Of a stretch of 32,000 bases of DNA, positions 8,609-17,658 are shown piece after piece. Every line of letters begins with the position of its first letter. The stretch's first letter is position 1. The translations under genes were made by a program, and so were the position numbers. Source of the stretch: Delftia acidovorans NBRC 14950 (GTDB lineage Bacteria; Pseudomonadota; Gammaproteobacteria; Burkholderiales; Burkholderiaceae_C); NCBI RefSeq assembly GCF_001598795.1, contig NZ_BCZP01000002.1:300001-332000 (forward strand), read 5' to 3'. Under the pieces are notes generated by a model, which saw only the letters and a program-made list of their open reading frames with translations, did not search any database and was not told the DNA's origin.

Positions 8609-9679
8609 ATGATTCTTGTCACAGGCGGCGCCGGCTTCATCGGTGCCAATTTCGTGCTGGACTGGCTGGCTGCCGGCGATGAGCCGGTACTCAACGTGGA
8701 CAAGCTCACCTACGCCGGCAACCTCAAAAGCCTGGAGAGCCTGCAAGGCGATGCGCGCCATGTGTTCGTGCAGGCCGACATCGGCGACGGCCAGACCCTG
8801 GCCCGCCTGCTGGCCGAGCACAGGCCGCGCGCCGTGGTCAACTTCGCGGCCGAGAGCCATGTGGACCGCTCCATCCATGGCCCCGAGGACTTCATTCAGA
8901 CCAACGTGGTCGGCACCTTCCGCCTGCTCGAAGCCGTGCGCGGCTACTGGAGCGCGCTGGATGCCGAGGCCAAGGCGGCCTTCCGCTTCCTGCATGTCTC
9001 CACTGACGAGGTCTACGGCAGCCTGGCGCCTGCGGCACCGGCCTTCACCGAAGACCACCTCTACGAGCCCAACAGCCCGTACTCGGCCAGCAAGGCCGCC
9101 AGCGACCACCTGGTGCGCGCCTGGCACCACACCTACGGCCTGCCCGTGCTGACGACCAACTGCAGCAACAACTACGGCCCGCTGCACTTCCCCGAGAAGC
9201 TGATCCCGCTGATGATCGTCAACGCCCTGGCCGGCAAGCCGCTGCCCATCTATGGCGACGGCATGCAGGTGCGCGACTGGCTCTATGTGCGCGACCACTG
9301 CAGCGCCATCCGCCGCGTGCTGGAGGCCGGCAGGCTGGGCGACACCTACAACGTGGGCGGCTGGAACGAGAAGCCCAACGTCGAGATCGTGAACACGGTC
9401 TGCGCGCTGCTCGACGAGCTGCGCCCCAAGGCCGATGGCACCAGCTACAGCGCACAGATCACCTATGTGAAGGACCGGCCCGGCCATGACCGGCGCTATG
9501 CCATCGACGCGCGCAAGCTCGAGCGTGAACTGGGCTGGAAGCCTGCCGAGACCTTCGAGACCGGCATCCGCAAGACCGTGCAGTGGTACCTGGACAACCC
9601 CGAATGGGTGGCCGATGTGCAGTCCGGCGCCTACCGCGAATGGGTCAGCCGCCAGTACACGGAGGGAGCCGGCGCATGA
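8609..9679 (+). CDS. rfbB: dTDP-glucose 4,6-dehydratase
   Basis: 356 aa. Starts [16 protein letters not shown] (Rossmann motif), has the YSASKAASD (YxxxK) catalytic motif, and NCSNNYGP. Confidence 0.95.
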   Translation: MILVTGGAGFIGANFVLDWLAAGDEPVLNVDKLTYAGNLKSLESLQGDARHVFVQADIGDGQTLARLLAEHRPRAVVNFAAESHVDRSIHGPEDFIQTNVVGTFRLLEAVRGYWSALDAEAKAAFRFLHVSTDEVYGSLAPAAPAFTEDHLYEPNSPYSASKAASDHLVRAWHHTYGLPVLTTNCSNNYGPLHFPEKLIPLMIVNALAGKPLPIYGDGMQVRDWLYVRDHCSAIRRVLEAGRLGDTYNVGGWNEKPNVEIVNTVCALLDELRPKADGTSYSAQITYVKDRPGHDRRYAIDARKLERELGWKPAETFETGIRKTVQWYLDNPEWVADVQSGAYREWVSRQYTEGAGA

Positions 9680-10578
9680 AGCTGCTGCTGCTGGGCCGCA
9701 ATGGCCAGGTGGGCTGGGAGCTGCAGCGCAGCCTGGCTCCACTGGGCGAACTGATTGCGCTGGACCGCCAGGGCGGCGCCGGTGGCCAGGGCCTGTGCGG
9801 CGATCTCTCGCGCCTCGATGAGCTTGCACGCACCGTGCGCGCTCTGCGCCCCGATGTCATCGTCAATGCCGCGGCCCACACGGCCGTGGACAAGGCCGAA
9901 AGCGAGCCTGACCAGGCGCGGCTGCTCAACGCGCTGGCACCCCAGGTGCTGGCCCGCGAGGCGGCGCAGACCGGTGCGCTGCTGGTGCACTACAGCACGG
10001 ACTACGTCTTCGACGGCAGCGGCAGCGCCGCGCGTACGGAGACCGAGGCCACGGCGCCGCTGTCCGTCTATGGCAGCAGCAAGCTCGAAGGCGAGCAACT
10101 GATCCAGGCTTCGGGCTGCCGCCACCTGATCTTTCGCACCAGTTGGGTCTATGCGGCGCGCGGTGGCAACTTCGCCAAGACCATGCTGCGCCTGGCCCAG
10201 GAGCGCGAGGCGCTGAGCGTGATCGACGACCAATGGGGCGCACCGACGGGCGCGGACCTCATCGCCGACGTCACGGCCCATGCCATTCGCCAGCTGCAGC
10301 GCCAACCCGGCGACCAGGGCCTGTACCACCTGGTGGCCGGTGGCGAGACCACCTGGCACGCCTACGCCAGCCATGTGATCGCCAAGGCGCGCGAACTCGC
10401 GCCCGAACGCCCCTGGAAGGTGCAGCGCATAGCTGCCGTGCCCACCAGCGCCTTTCCCACCCCGGCGCAGCGTCCGCACAATTCCCGGCTGAACACCGAC
10501 CGGCTGCAGCAGACCTTCGGCCTGCGCCTGCTGCACTGGCAAGCCGGCGTGGACCGCATGCTGCAGGAAATCATCTGA
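9676..10578 (+). CDS. rfbD: dTDP-4-dehydrorhamnose reductase
   Basis: Frame of ORF 9583..10578, trimmed to ATG 9676, which overlaps the rfbB stop (ATGA). 300 aa. Contains [16 protein letters not shown] and YGSSKLEGE (YxxxK). Confidence 0.92.
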   Translation: MKLLLLGRNGQVGWELQRSLAPLGELIALDRQGGAGGQGLCGDLSRLDELARTVRALRPDVIVNAAAHTAVDKAESEPDQARLLNALAPQVLAREAAQTGALLVHYSTDYVFDGSGSAARTETEATAPLSVYGSSKLEGEQLIQASGCRHLIFRTSWVYAARGGNFAKTMLRLAQEREALSVIDDQWGAPTGADLIADVTAHAIRQLQRQPGDQGLYHLVAGGETTWHAYASHVIAKARELAPERPWKVQRIAAVPTSAFPTPAQRPHNSRLNTDRLQQTFGLRLLHWQAGVDRMLQEII

Positions 10579-10619
10579 GCGCGGCTGCGCGCTCCAGTAA
10601 GAACCCCAGGATCCAGGAC

Positions 10620-11510
10620 ATGAACCAGACACGCAAAGGCATCATCCTCGCGGGCGGCTCCGGCACCCGCCTGCACCCGGCCACGCTGGCCATCAGCAAG
10701 CAACTGCTGCCGGTCTACGACAAGCCGATGATCTACTACCCGCTGAGCGCCCTCATGCTCGCGGGCATCCGCGAGATCCTCGTGATCAGCACGCCGCAGG
10801 ACACGCCGCGCTTCGAGCAGTTGCTGGGCGATGGTTCGCAGTGGGGCCTGAAGCTCGAATATGCAGTCCAGCCCAGCCCGGACGGCCTGGCACAGGCCTT
10901 TCTGATTGCCGAGGATTTCCTGGCAGGTGCACCCAGCGCCCTGGTGCTGGGCGACAACATCTACTACGGTCACGACTTTGCCAAGCTGCTCGAGCGTGCC
11001 GACCAGCGCAGCGAAGGCGCCACGGTGTTTGCCTACCATGTGCAGGACCCGGAACGCTATGGCGTGGCCGAGTTCGATGCCCAGGGCCGGGTTCTTTCCC
11101 TGGAGGAAAAACCCAGGCAGCCCAGGAGCAACTACGCGGTCACGGGCCTGTATTTCTACGACAACCAGGTCGTTGAGCTGGCCAAGTCCATCAAGCCCTC
11201 GGCGCGCGGCGAGCTGGAAATCACCGACCTCAACCGCCTGTACCTGGACAAGGGCCAGCTCAATGTGGAGCTCATGGGCCGTGGCTATGCCTGGCTGGAC
11301 ACGGGCACGCACGACAGCCTGCTGGAAGCCGGCCAGTTCATCGCCACCTTGCAGCAGCGCCAGGGCCTGAAGGTTTCCTGCCCCGAGGAGATCGCCTTTC
11401 GCCAGGGCTGGATAGATCAGGCACAGCTGGAGGCACTGGGCCAGGCCTTGGCCAAGAATGGCTACGGCCAGTACCTGCTGCAGATCCTCAAGGAAAAGGC
11501 GCACGCATGA
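10620..11510 (+). CDS. rfbA: glucose-1-phosphate thymidylyltransferase
   Basis: Frame of ORF 10143..11510, trimmed to ATG 10620. 296 aa. Contains [37 protein letters not shown], the canonical RmlA N-terminus. Confidence 0.95.
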   Translation: MNQTRKGIILAGGSGTRLHPATLAISKQLLPVYDKPMIYYPLSALMLAGIREILVISTPQDTPRFEQLLGDGSQWGLKLEYAVQPSPDGLAQAFLIAEDFLAGAPSALVLGDNIYYGHDFAKLLERADQRSEGATVFAYHVQDPERYGVAEFDAQGRVLSLEEKPRQPRSNYAVTGLYFYDNQVVELAKSIKPSARGELEITDLNRLYLDKGQLNVELMGRGYAWLDTGTHDSLLEAGQFIATLQQRQGLKVSCPEEIAFRQGWIDQAQLEALGQALAKNGYGQYLLQILKEKAHA

Positions 11511-12055
11511 AGGCAACACCCCTGGCCATTCCCGAGGTGATGCTGATCGAGCCCAAGGTCTTTGGCGACGATCGCGGCTTCTTCCTGGAAAGCTTCAACC
11601 AGCAGGCCTTCAACCAGGCCACGGGCACGGACCACCAGTTCGTGCAGGACAACCACAGCCGCAGCAAGAAAGGCGTGCTGCGCGGCCTGCACTACCAGCT
11701 GCCGCCCCATGCCCAGGGCAAGCTCGTGCGCGTGGTGCGCGGCGCCGTGTTCGACGTGGCCGTGGACATCCGCAAGGGCTCGCCCACCTTCGGCCAATGG
11801 GTGGGAACCGAACTGACGGAAGACAACCACCGCCAGCTGTGGGTGCCCCCAGGCTTTGCCCACGGCTTCGTGGTGCTCAGCGACAGCGCCGACTTCCTCT
11901 ACAAGGCCACGGCCTTCTACGCGCCCCAGGCCGATCGCGGCATTGCCTGGGACGACCCGGCCATCGGTGTGCAGTGGCCGCAGCTCGATGTGGAGCTGTC
12001 GCTGTCGGACAAGGATCTCAAGCAGCCGCTGCTGGCGGATGCCGAGCTGGCCTGA
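11507..12055 (+). CDS. rfbC: dTDP-4-dehydrorhamnose 3,5-epimerase
   Basis: 182 aa. Contains [18 protein letters not shown] and [10 protein letters not shown] motifs. ATGA overlap with rfbA. Confidence 0.95.
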   Translation: MKATPLAIPEVMLIEPKVFGDDRGFFLESFNQQAFNQATGTDHQFVQDNHSRSKKGVLRGLHYQLPPHAQGKLVRVVRGAVFDVAVDIRKGSPTFGQWVGTELTEDNHRQLWVPPGFAHGFVVLSDSADFLYKATAFYAPQADRGIAWDDPAIGVQWPQLDVELSLSDKDLKQPLLADAELA

Positions 12056-12061
12056 GCCGGT

Positions 12062-12943
12062 TCACATCTGGTCCGGCAGCACCCCGCCCGGCACGGCTTC
12101 CTCCAGAAAGCCGGCGATCAGCCGGGCCTGGCGGCGTTCGCGCAGGCAGTACAGGTACTCGGGCAGGCGCGGCACGGGGCCTGCGAAGGGCAGGACGACG
12201 ATGTCGGGGTGGGCAGAGGCTTCATGCCGGGCGAAGACGCTGATGCCCATGTCGCGGATCACGGCCTCGCGGATGGCTTCGCGGCTGGCGATTTCCATGA
12301 TGTGGCGCGGTGCCAGGCCGGCGGCGGCCAGCATCTGTTCGGTGAGCTGGCGCGTCATGGAGCCGCGCTCGCGCAGGATCAGCGTGTCGTGCACCAGATC
12401 GGATGCCTGCACCATGGTGCGCTGCGCCAGCCGGTGGCTGCGGTGCACCAGCAGGGCCAGCGGGTCCTGGCCCAGCTCCACGCGCAGCAGGCGCGGATCG
12501 CTCTCCAGGTGTGACGAGGTCGCCAGGTCCACCTGGTAGTCCACCAGCGCCTGCACCATCTGGCGCGAGTTGCCGCCCACGATGGCCACTTCCACCCGCT
12601 CGAAGCGCCGCTGGTAGCGCTTGACGATGTCCAGCACGTAGTAGGGCGCCGTCGCGCCTATGCGCAGCTGGCCCTGGCTGGCATCGCCCGAATGGCGCAG
12701 CGCCGACTCCAGCTGGATGGTCTGCAGCAGCAATTGCTCGACCTGGGGCAGCAGGCGCAAGCCGGCATCGGTGATGGACAGCCGTCCGCCCTGGCGATGG
12801 AACAGCTCCACGCCGTAGTGCTCTTCCAGCGCGCGGATCTGGGTGGTCACGGTGGGCTGGCTCAGTGCGAGCTGGCGCGCGGCTTGCGTAATGCTGCCAA
12901 GACGGGCGACCCAGAAAAAGGACTTGAGCTGCGTGACGAACAT
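12062..12943 (-). CDS. LysR family transcriptional regulator
   Basis: Frame of ORF 12062..12973(-). The N-terminal HTH is LKSFFWVARLGSITQAARQLALSQPTVTTQIRALE, followed by a LysR substrate-binding domain. I prefer the start at ATG 12943 (MFVTQLKSF...) over 12973, but neither has a good SD. It is convergent with rfbC (6-nt gap) and divergent from the NCS1 gene. Confidence 0.85.
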   Translation of the reverse strand: MFVTQLKSFFWVARLGSITQAARQLALSQPTVTTQIRALEEHYGVELFHRQGGRLSITDAGLRLLPQVEQLLLQTIQLESALRHSGDASQGQLRIGATAPYYVLDIVKRYQRRFERVEVAIVGGNSRQMVQALVDYQVDLATSSHLESDPRLLRVELGQDPLALLVHRSHRLAQRTMVQASDLVHDTLILRERGSMTRQLTEQMLAAAGLAPRHIMEIASREAIREAVIRDMGISVFARHEASAHPDIVVLPFAGPVPRLPEYLYCLRERRQARLIAGFLEEAVPGGVLPDQM

Positions 12944-13064
12944 GGCGGGGCTGGAGGGAGGGGGCGGCTCCATATTTCACCATGTCGCCGCAGCCTGAAG
13001 GCCTGCGGTGGCCGGGTATGTCCCGGGAAAAAACTCCTGCGCCCGAAGGCACACTTCTTGCATA

Positions 13065-13095
13065 CCAGTTTGCGTGCCAGTTTGTGTGCCAGCTG
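13065..13095. promoter_or_regulatory. tandem 12-bp direct repeat in the LysR/NCS1 divergent promoter region
   Basis: CCAGTTTGCGTG (13065-13076), CCAGTTTGTGTG (13077-13088) and a partial CCAGCTG (13089-13095). It lies 58 nt upstream of the NCS1 start codon. Candidate regulator binding site. Confidence 0.3.
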
Positions 13096-13152
13096 ATCAT
13101 GGGTTTCGGCTGGTCTTGTGTCAGTGATTACTCGTGGTCAAGGAGCGCATCA

Positions 13153-14604
13153 ATGGACATCAGCAACCCCTCGCCAGGTCTCTACAACGAAGATCTGGCG
13201 CCCACCAGGGACCGCCGCTGGGGCGCCTTCAGCATCTTCAACGTCTGGACTTCGGACGTGCACAGCCTCTGGGGCTACTACCTGGCGGCCAGCCTGTTTC
13301 TGCTGTGCGGCAGCTTCGTCAATTTTCTGATCGCCATCGGCATCAGCTCCCTGGTCATCTTTTTTCTGATGAACCTGGTGGGCTATGCGGGCGAGAAGAC
13401 CGGCGTGCCCTATCCGGTGCTGGCGCGCGCCTCGTTCGGGGTCTGGGGCGCGAATCTGGCGGCGCTTGTGCGCGCCGTCGTGGCCTGCTTCTGGTATGGC
13501 GCGCAGACGGCGGCCGCCTCGGGCGCCATGGTGGCGCTGCTGGTGCGCAATGAAGCCCTGCTGTCCTTCCACCAGACCACGCACTGGCTGGGCCATTCGG
13601 GGCTGGAGGTGATCTGCTACGTGGTCATCTGGGCCTTGCAGCTGCTGATCATCCAAAGGGGCATGGAGACCGTGCGGCGATTCCAGGACTGGGCCGGGCC
13701 TGCCGTGTGGATCGCCATGCTGGTGCTGGCCATCGGCCTGTGCGTGAAGGCCGGCGGCTTCAGCTTCGACCACGGCATTCCCATGGATGTGCTGCTGGAC
13801 AAGACCAAGGATGCGGGGGTGAGCGGCGCGCCGGGCAGCTTCTGGGCGCTGATGGCCGTGGGCGCGACCTGGATCACCTACTTTGCGGCGCTGTATCTGA
13901 ACTTCTGCGACTTCTCGCGCTATGCGAAGAACAAGGAGGCGGTCGCCAAGGGCAACCTCTGGGGCCTGCCCGTGAACCTGATCGCGTTCTCGCTGGTGGC
14001 CGGCATCACCACGATTTCGGCCTTCAAGGTCTATGGCGAGGTGCTGCTGCACCCCGAGCAGATCTCGGCCAAGTTCGACAGCTGGGTGCTGGCCCTGCTG
14101 GCGGCCGTCACCTTTGCCGTGGCCACGCTGGGCATCAACGTGGTGGCCAACTTCGTCTCGGCGGCCTTCGATATTTCCAACGTGTTTCCCAAGCGCATCG
14201 ACTTCAAGCGCGGCGGATACATCGCCGCACTGATCGCCCTGGCTCTCTACCCCTTTGCACCATGGGAGGGCGGCGCTGCCCACTTCGTGAACGCCATCGG
14301 CGCCACCATGGGGCCGCTGCTGGGCATCATCCTGGTGGACTACTACCTGGTGGCCAAGGGCAACATCAACGTGGCCGCGCTGTATGACGAGCATGGCGAG
14401 TACCGCTATGAGGGCGGCTGGAACGTCAACGCGCTCATCGCCACCGGCATCGGCAGCGTGTTCTCCACCATCCTGCCCAACTTCACCAGCCTGCTGCCGG
14501 TCTGGTGGGGCACCTACGGCTGGTTCTTCGGCGTGCTGATCGGCGGCAGCGTGTACTGGGTGATGGCCACGCTGCGCCCGCGCCGCATTCCGGCCGCGGC
14601 CTGA
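13153..14604 (+). CDS. NCS1 family nucleobase:cation symporter (cytosine/uracil/allantoin/hydantoin-type permease), substrate unknown
   Basis: Frame of ORF 12982..14604, trimmed to ATG 13153, with AAGGAG at 13140-13145. 483 aa. It has the NCS1-type N-terminus NEDLAPTRDRRWGAFSIFNVW followed by about 12 hydrophobic helices. Confidence 0.85.
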   Translation: MDISNPSPGLYNEDLAPTRDRRWGAFSIFNVWTSDVHSLWGYYLAASLFLLCGSFVNFLIAIGISSLVIFFLMNLVGYAGEKTGVPYPVLARASFGVWGANLAALVRAVVACFWYGAQTAAASGAMVALLVRNEALLSFHQTTHWLGHSGLEVICYVVIWALQLLIIQRGMETVRRFQDWAGPAVWIAMLVLAIGLCVKAGGFSFDHGIPMDVLLDKTKDAGVSGAPGSFWALMAVGATWITYFAALYLNFCDFSRYAKNKEAVAKGNLWGLPVNLIAFSLVAGITTISAFKVYGEVLLHPEQISAKFDSWVLALLAAVTFAVATLGINVVANFVSAAFDISNVFPKRIDFKRGGYIAALIALALYPFAPWEGGAAHFVNAIGATMGPLLGIILVDYYLVAKGNINVAALYDEHGEYRYEGGWNVNALIATGIGSVFSTILPNFTSLLPVWWGTYGWFFGVLIGGSVYWVMATLRPRRIPAAA

Positions 14605-14614
14605 GGAGGCCGCC

Positions 14615-15364
14615 ATGTCCGAGCCGCAGGATGCGCCGGCCACCGGGCCGGCCTTGATCGCCGAGCGTGTCATGCGCTCCATCGTCGAGCGCAAGCTGCG
14701 CCCTGGCGAACGCCTGGGCGAAAAGGAACTGGCCGAGGTCTTCGGCGTGAGCCGCACCATGGTGCGCGAGGCGCTGATGCAGCTGCAGGCGCGCGGCTTC
14801 GTCGAGGTGCGCTCGCGCCAGGGCTGGTACGTGGTCGAGCCCTCGTTCGAGGAAGCGCAGGAAACCTATGCCGCGCGCCGCGTGCTGGAGTCCGGCATGC
14901 TGCGCGACGCGGGCCGGCCGCTGCAGGCGGCCATACGCACGCTGCGCGAGCATGTGGCGCAGGAGCGCGGCGCCATCGCCGAGGCCGACAACGCCGGCCA
15001 GCGCAGCGTGCTGCTGGCCGACTTCCACGTCTGCCTGGCCGAGCAGATGGGCAACCGCTTTCTCACGGCCATGATGGCCGACCTGTCGGCGCGCACCACC
15101 CTGGTGTCTGCGCTGTACCAGTCGCAGACCGAGGCACAGCACTCCAATGCCGACCACGAGGCCATCGTCGATGCGCTGGCGGCCGGCGACATGGCGCGCG
15201 CCGAGCAACTGATGCGCGAGCACATCGACGCGCTGGCCGCGCGGCTGGATGAGAACCTTGCCCACCGCGCGCGCCTGCAGGACCGGCTGCTGGATGCGCT
15301 GCAGCCCCAGGCGGCCCAGGCGGCCCAGGCAACGCGCACAGGCAGGGGCAAGCCGCGCGGCTGA
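14615..15364 (+). CDS. GntR family transcriptional regulator (FadR/FCD subfamily)
   Basis: 249 aa. GAGGAGG SD at 14603-14609. The winged HTH is LRPGERLGEKELAEVFGVSRTMVREALMQLQARGFVEVRSRQGWYV, followed by a helical FCD-type C-terminal domain. It starts only 11 nt after the NCS1 stop. Confidence 0.88.
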   Translation: MSEPQDAPATGPALIAERVMRSIVERKLRPGERLGEKELAEVFGVSRTMVREALMQLQARGFVEVRSRQGWYVVEPSFEEAQETYAARRVLESGMLRDAGRPLQAAIRTLREHVAQERGAIAEADNAGQRSVLLADFHVCLAEQMGNRFLTAMMADLSARTTLVSALYQSQTEAQHSNADHEAIVDALAAGDMARAEQLMREHIDALAARLDENLAHRARLQDRLLDALQPQAAQAAQATRTGRGKPRG

Positions 15365-15432
15365 CGAGACGGGGTGGGCGATGGGTGGGGCACCCAAATC
15401 CGCCAATACCCGCTTCGCCAAATTTCCGTTGT

Positions 15433-15466
15433 GTGACACGGGCGTTTCACCTGCGCTTCCTAAAGT
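15433..15466 (+). promoter_or_regulatory. candidate degenerate Pho box plus -10 element (the TGTGTGACA dyad at 15430-15438 overlaps its left edge)
   Basis: GTGACAC-GGGC-GTTTCAC (15433-15450) contains two 7-mers with 11-bp periodicity. They resemble the CTGTCAT half-site in 4/7 and 5/7 positions. Exactly 10 nt downstream is TAAAGT (15461-15466), the spacing known for E. coli Pho promoters. The spacer is GC-rich rather than AT-rich, so the match is weak. The overlapping TGTGTGACA fits the loose GntR-type GT-N3-AC dyad. Confidence 0.2.
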
Positions 15467-15526
15467 GGGTGTCAGAGGTGGTGAACCTGCCACCTGTCCA
15501 CGAACCCACAACGGAACTGCCACGCC

Positions 15527-16570
15527 ATGCGCCACACCCTTGCCTCCCTGGGCCGCCGCCTCGCCATTGCCTCTGCGGCGCTGACCGTCGCCTCCTTCGC
15601 CACCCTTGCCCACGCGGCCAAGACCGAACTGCTGGTCTACAGCGCGCTGGAAGCCGACCAGATCAAGGCCTACAAGAGCGGCTTCGAGAAGACCCATCCC
15701 GAGATCGAGCTCAAGTTCGTGCGTGACAGCACGGGCATCATCACGGCCCGCCTGCTGGCCGAGAAGGCCAATCCCCAGGCCGACGTGATCTGGGGCGTGG
15801 CCGCCACCTCGCTGATGCTGCTGGACAAGCAGGGCATGCTGCAGCCCTACGCGCCCAAGGGCCTGGACAAGGTGCGCGCCAACATGCGCGATCCGCGCGC
15901 GCAGCCGACCTGGGTGGGCATGGACCTGTGGTCCTCGGCCATCTGCTTCAACACCGTGGAGGCCGGCAAGCGCAAGCTGCCGGTGCCCGCCAGCTGGGCC
16001 GACCTGGTCAGGCCCGAGTTCAAGGGCACGATCACCATGCCCCACCCGGCCTCCAGCGGCACGGGCTACCTGATGGTCGCGGCCTGGCTGCAGATCATGG
16101 GCGAGGAAAAGGGCTGGGCCTACATGGACGGCCTGCACCAGAACATGGGCGTGTACACGCACAGCGGCTCCAAGCCCTGCCGCCAGGCGGGGGCCGGCGA
16201 GTTTCCCGTGGGCCTGAGCTTCGAGTACCGCGCCAGCAAGACCAAGAAGGACGGCGCGCCCATCGACATCGTCTTCCCGCAGGAAGGCCTGGGCTGGGAC
16301 GTGGAGGCCACGGCCATCCTCAAGACCAGCAAGAAGCAGGAAGCCGCCAAGGCACTGGCCGACTGGGCCGTCACGCCAGAGGCCAACAAGCTGTACGCCG
16401 CCAACTTCGCCGTGCTGGCCTTGCCCGAGGCGCAGGAGAAGCTGGAGTTCATTCCCGCCGATCTGGAAAAGCGGTTGGCGAAGAACGATTTCAACTGGGC
16501 CGCCGATAACCGCGACCGCATCCTGGCCGAGTGGAGCCGCCGCTACGAAGCCAAGGCAGAGAAAAAGTAA
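15527..16570 (+). CDS. ABC transporter periplasmic substrate-binding protein, putative 2-aminoethylphosphonate type (PhnS-like)
   Basis: 347 aa. It has a signal peptide (LAIASAALTVASFATLAHA) and an iron/thiamine/AEP-class binding-protein fold (LLVYSALEAD, ADVIWGVA, SSGTGYLMV). By recollection it fits the family annotated as the binding component of the putative 2-aminoethylphosphonate ABC transporter. That is not verified by search. Confidence 0.75.
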   Translation: MRHTLASLGRRLAIASAALTVASFATLAHAAKTELLVYSALEADQIKAYKSGFEKTHPEIELKFVRDSTGIITARLLAEKANPQADVIWGVAATSLMLLDKQGMLQPYAPKGLDKVRANMRDPRAQPTWVGMDLWSSAICFNTVEAGKRKLPVPASWADLVRPEFKGTITMPHPASSGTGYLMVAAWLQIMGEEKGWAYMDGLHQNMGVYTHSGSKPCRQAGAGEFPVGLSFEYRASKTKKDGAPIDIVFPQEGLGWDVEATAILKTSKKQEAAKALADWAVTPEANKLYAANFAVLALPEAQEKLEFIPADLEKRLAKNDFNWAADNRDRILAEWSRRYEAKAEKK

Positions 16571-16584
16571 GCCGGAGCCACGCC

Positions 16585-17658
16585 ATGCTGCGCATAGACC
16601 ATATCGCCAAGCGCTACCGCGAGCAGCAGGTGCTGCGCGGCATTGACCTGAACGTGGAGGCGGGCGAGTTCGTCAGCCTGCTCGGCCCTTCGGGCTGCGG
16701 CAAGACCACGCTGCTGCGCATCGTCTGCGGCATCGACATGCCTGACGAGGGCAGGGTGCTGTTCCAGGGCGATGACATCACGCGCTGGCCAGCCGCACGC
16801 CGTGGCTTTGGCGTGGTGTTCCAGAGCTATGCGCTGTTTCCCAATCTCACGGCCGCGCAGAACGTGGCCTTCGGGCTGAACGGGCAGCCTGCGGCGCAGG
16901 CGCGCGAGCGTGTGGCCGAGATGCTGTCCCTGGTGGGCCTGGGCGCGCAGGCCCAGCGCTACCCCGCCCAGCTGTCCGGCGGCCAGCAGCAGCGCGTGGC
17001 GTTGGCCCGTGCGCTGGCGCCCCGGCCGCGCCTGCTGCTGCTCGACGAGCCGCTGTCCGCGCTCGATGCCCAGGTGCGCACCGAGCTGCGCAGCGAGATC
17101 CGCCAGCTGCAGCGCCAGCTGGGCATTGCCTCCATCATGGTCACGCACGACCAGGAAGAGGCCTTGTCCATGGCCGACCGCGTGGTGCTCATGCACCAGG
17201 GCCGCATCGAGCAGCAGGGCTCGCCCGAGCAGCTCTATGCCCGGCCCGTGAGCCAGTTCGCGGCCGGCTTCGTGGGCCGCATGAACCTGCTGCCGGCCAC
17301 GGCCGCATCGGCGGACGAGGTGCGCATCGGCGAGGCCAGCCTGCGCTGCGCGCTGGCCGGCTTCGAGCGTGGCGACGCCCTGCTGGTGGGCGTGCGGCCC
17401 GAGAGCGTGGTGCTGCACCCGGCCCAGCCCACGGCATTGGCCAACCTGTTCCGCGCCCGCGTGGTGGAGACCTCGTTCCTGGGATCGATGGCCCTGGTGC
17501 GCCTGTTCAGCCCCACGCTGCAATGCCAGGTTGACGCCCAGTGGCCCCTGCGCCACGACGTGGGCCTGCCCGACTGGCTGCAGGGCGAGGTGCTGATGGA
17601 GCTGCCCGCCGCTGCGCTGCAGCCGTTGGCGGCGCCCGACGTGAGGAAGGCCGCATGA
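16585..17658 (+). CDS. ABC transporter ATP-binding protein (PhnT-like)
   Basis: Frame of ORF 16531..17658, trimmed to ATG 16585. 357 aa. Walker A is GPSGCGKTT, the ABC signature is LSGGQQQRVALARAL, and Walker B is LLLLDEPLSALD. It has a C-terminal TOBE-like extension. Confidence 0.92.
   Translation: MLRIDHIAKRYREQQVLRGIDLNVEAGEFVSLLGPSGCGKTTLLRIVCGIDMPDEGRVLFQGDDITRWPAARRGFGVVFQSYALFPNLTAAQNVAFGLNGQPAAQARERVAEMLSLVGLGAQAQRYPAQLSGGQQQRVALARALAPRPRLLLLDEPLSALDAQVRTELRSEIRQLQRQLGIASIMVTHDQEEALSMADRVVLMHQGRIEQQGSPEQLYARPVSQFAAGFVGRMNLLPATAASADEVRIGEASLRCALAGFERGDALLVGVRPESVVLHPAQPTALANLFRARVVETSFLGSMALVRLFSPTLQCQVDAQWPLRHDVGLPDWLQGEVLMELPAAALQPLAAPDVRKAA

Noticed and set aside
7154-9829. 891-aa ORF on the minus strand
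   Set aside because: It is antisense to fabB, the fabB terminator and intergenic region, and rfbB/rfbD, all of which have unmistakable conserved motifs. The translation is Ala/Gly/Arg/His-rich with no recognisable domain. This is a typical high-GC antisense shadow ORF.
14483-16162. 559-aa ORF on the minus strand
   Set aside because: It is antisense to the GntR and PhnS-like genes and spans their intergenic region. It has no motifs. It is a shadow ORF.
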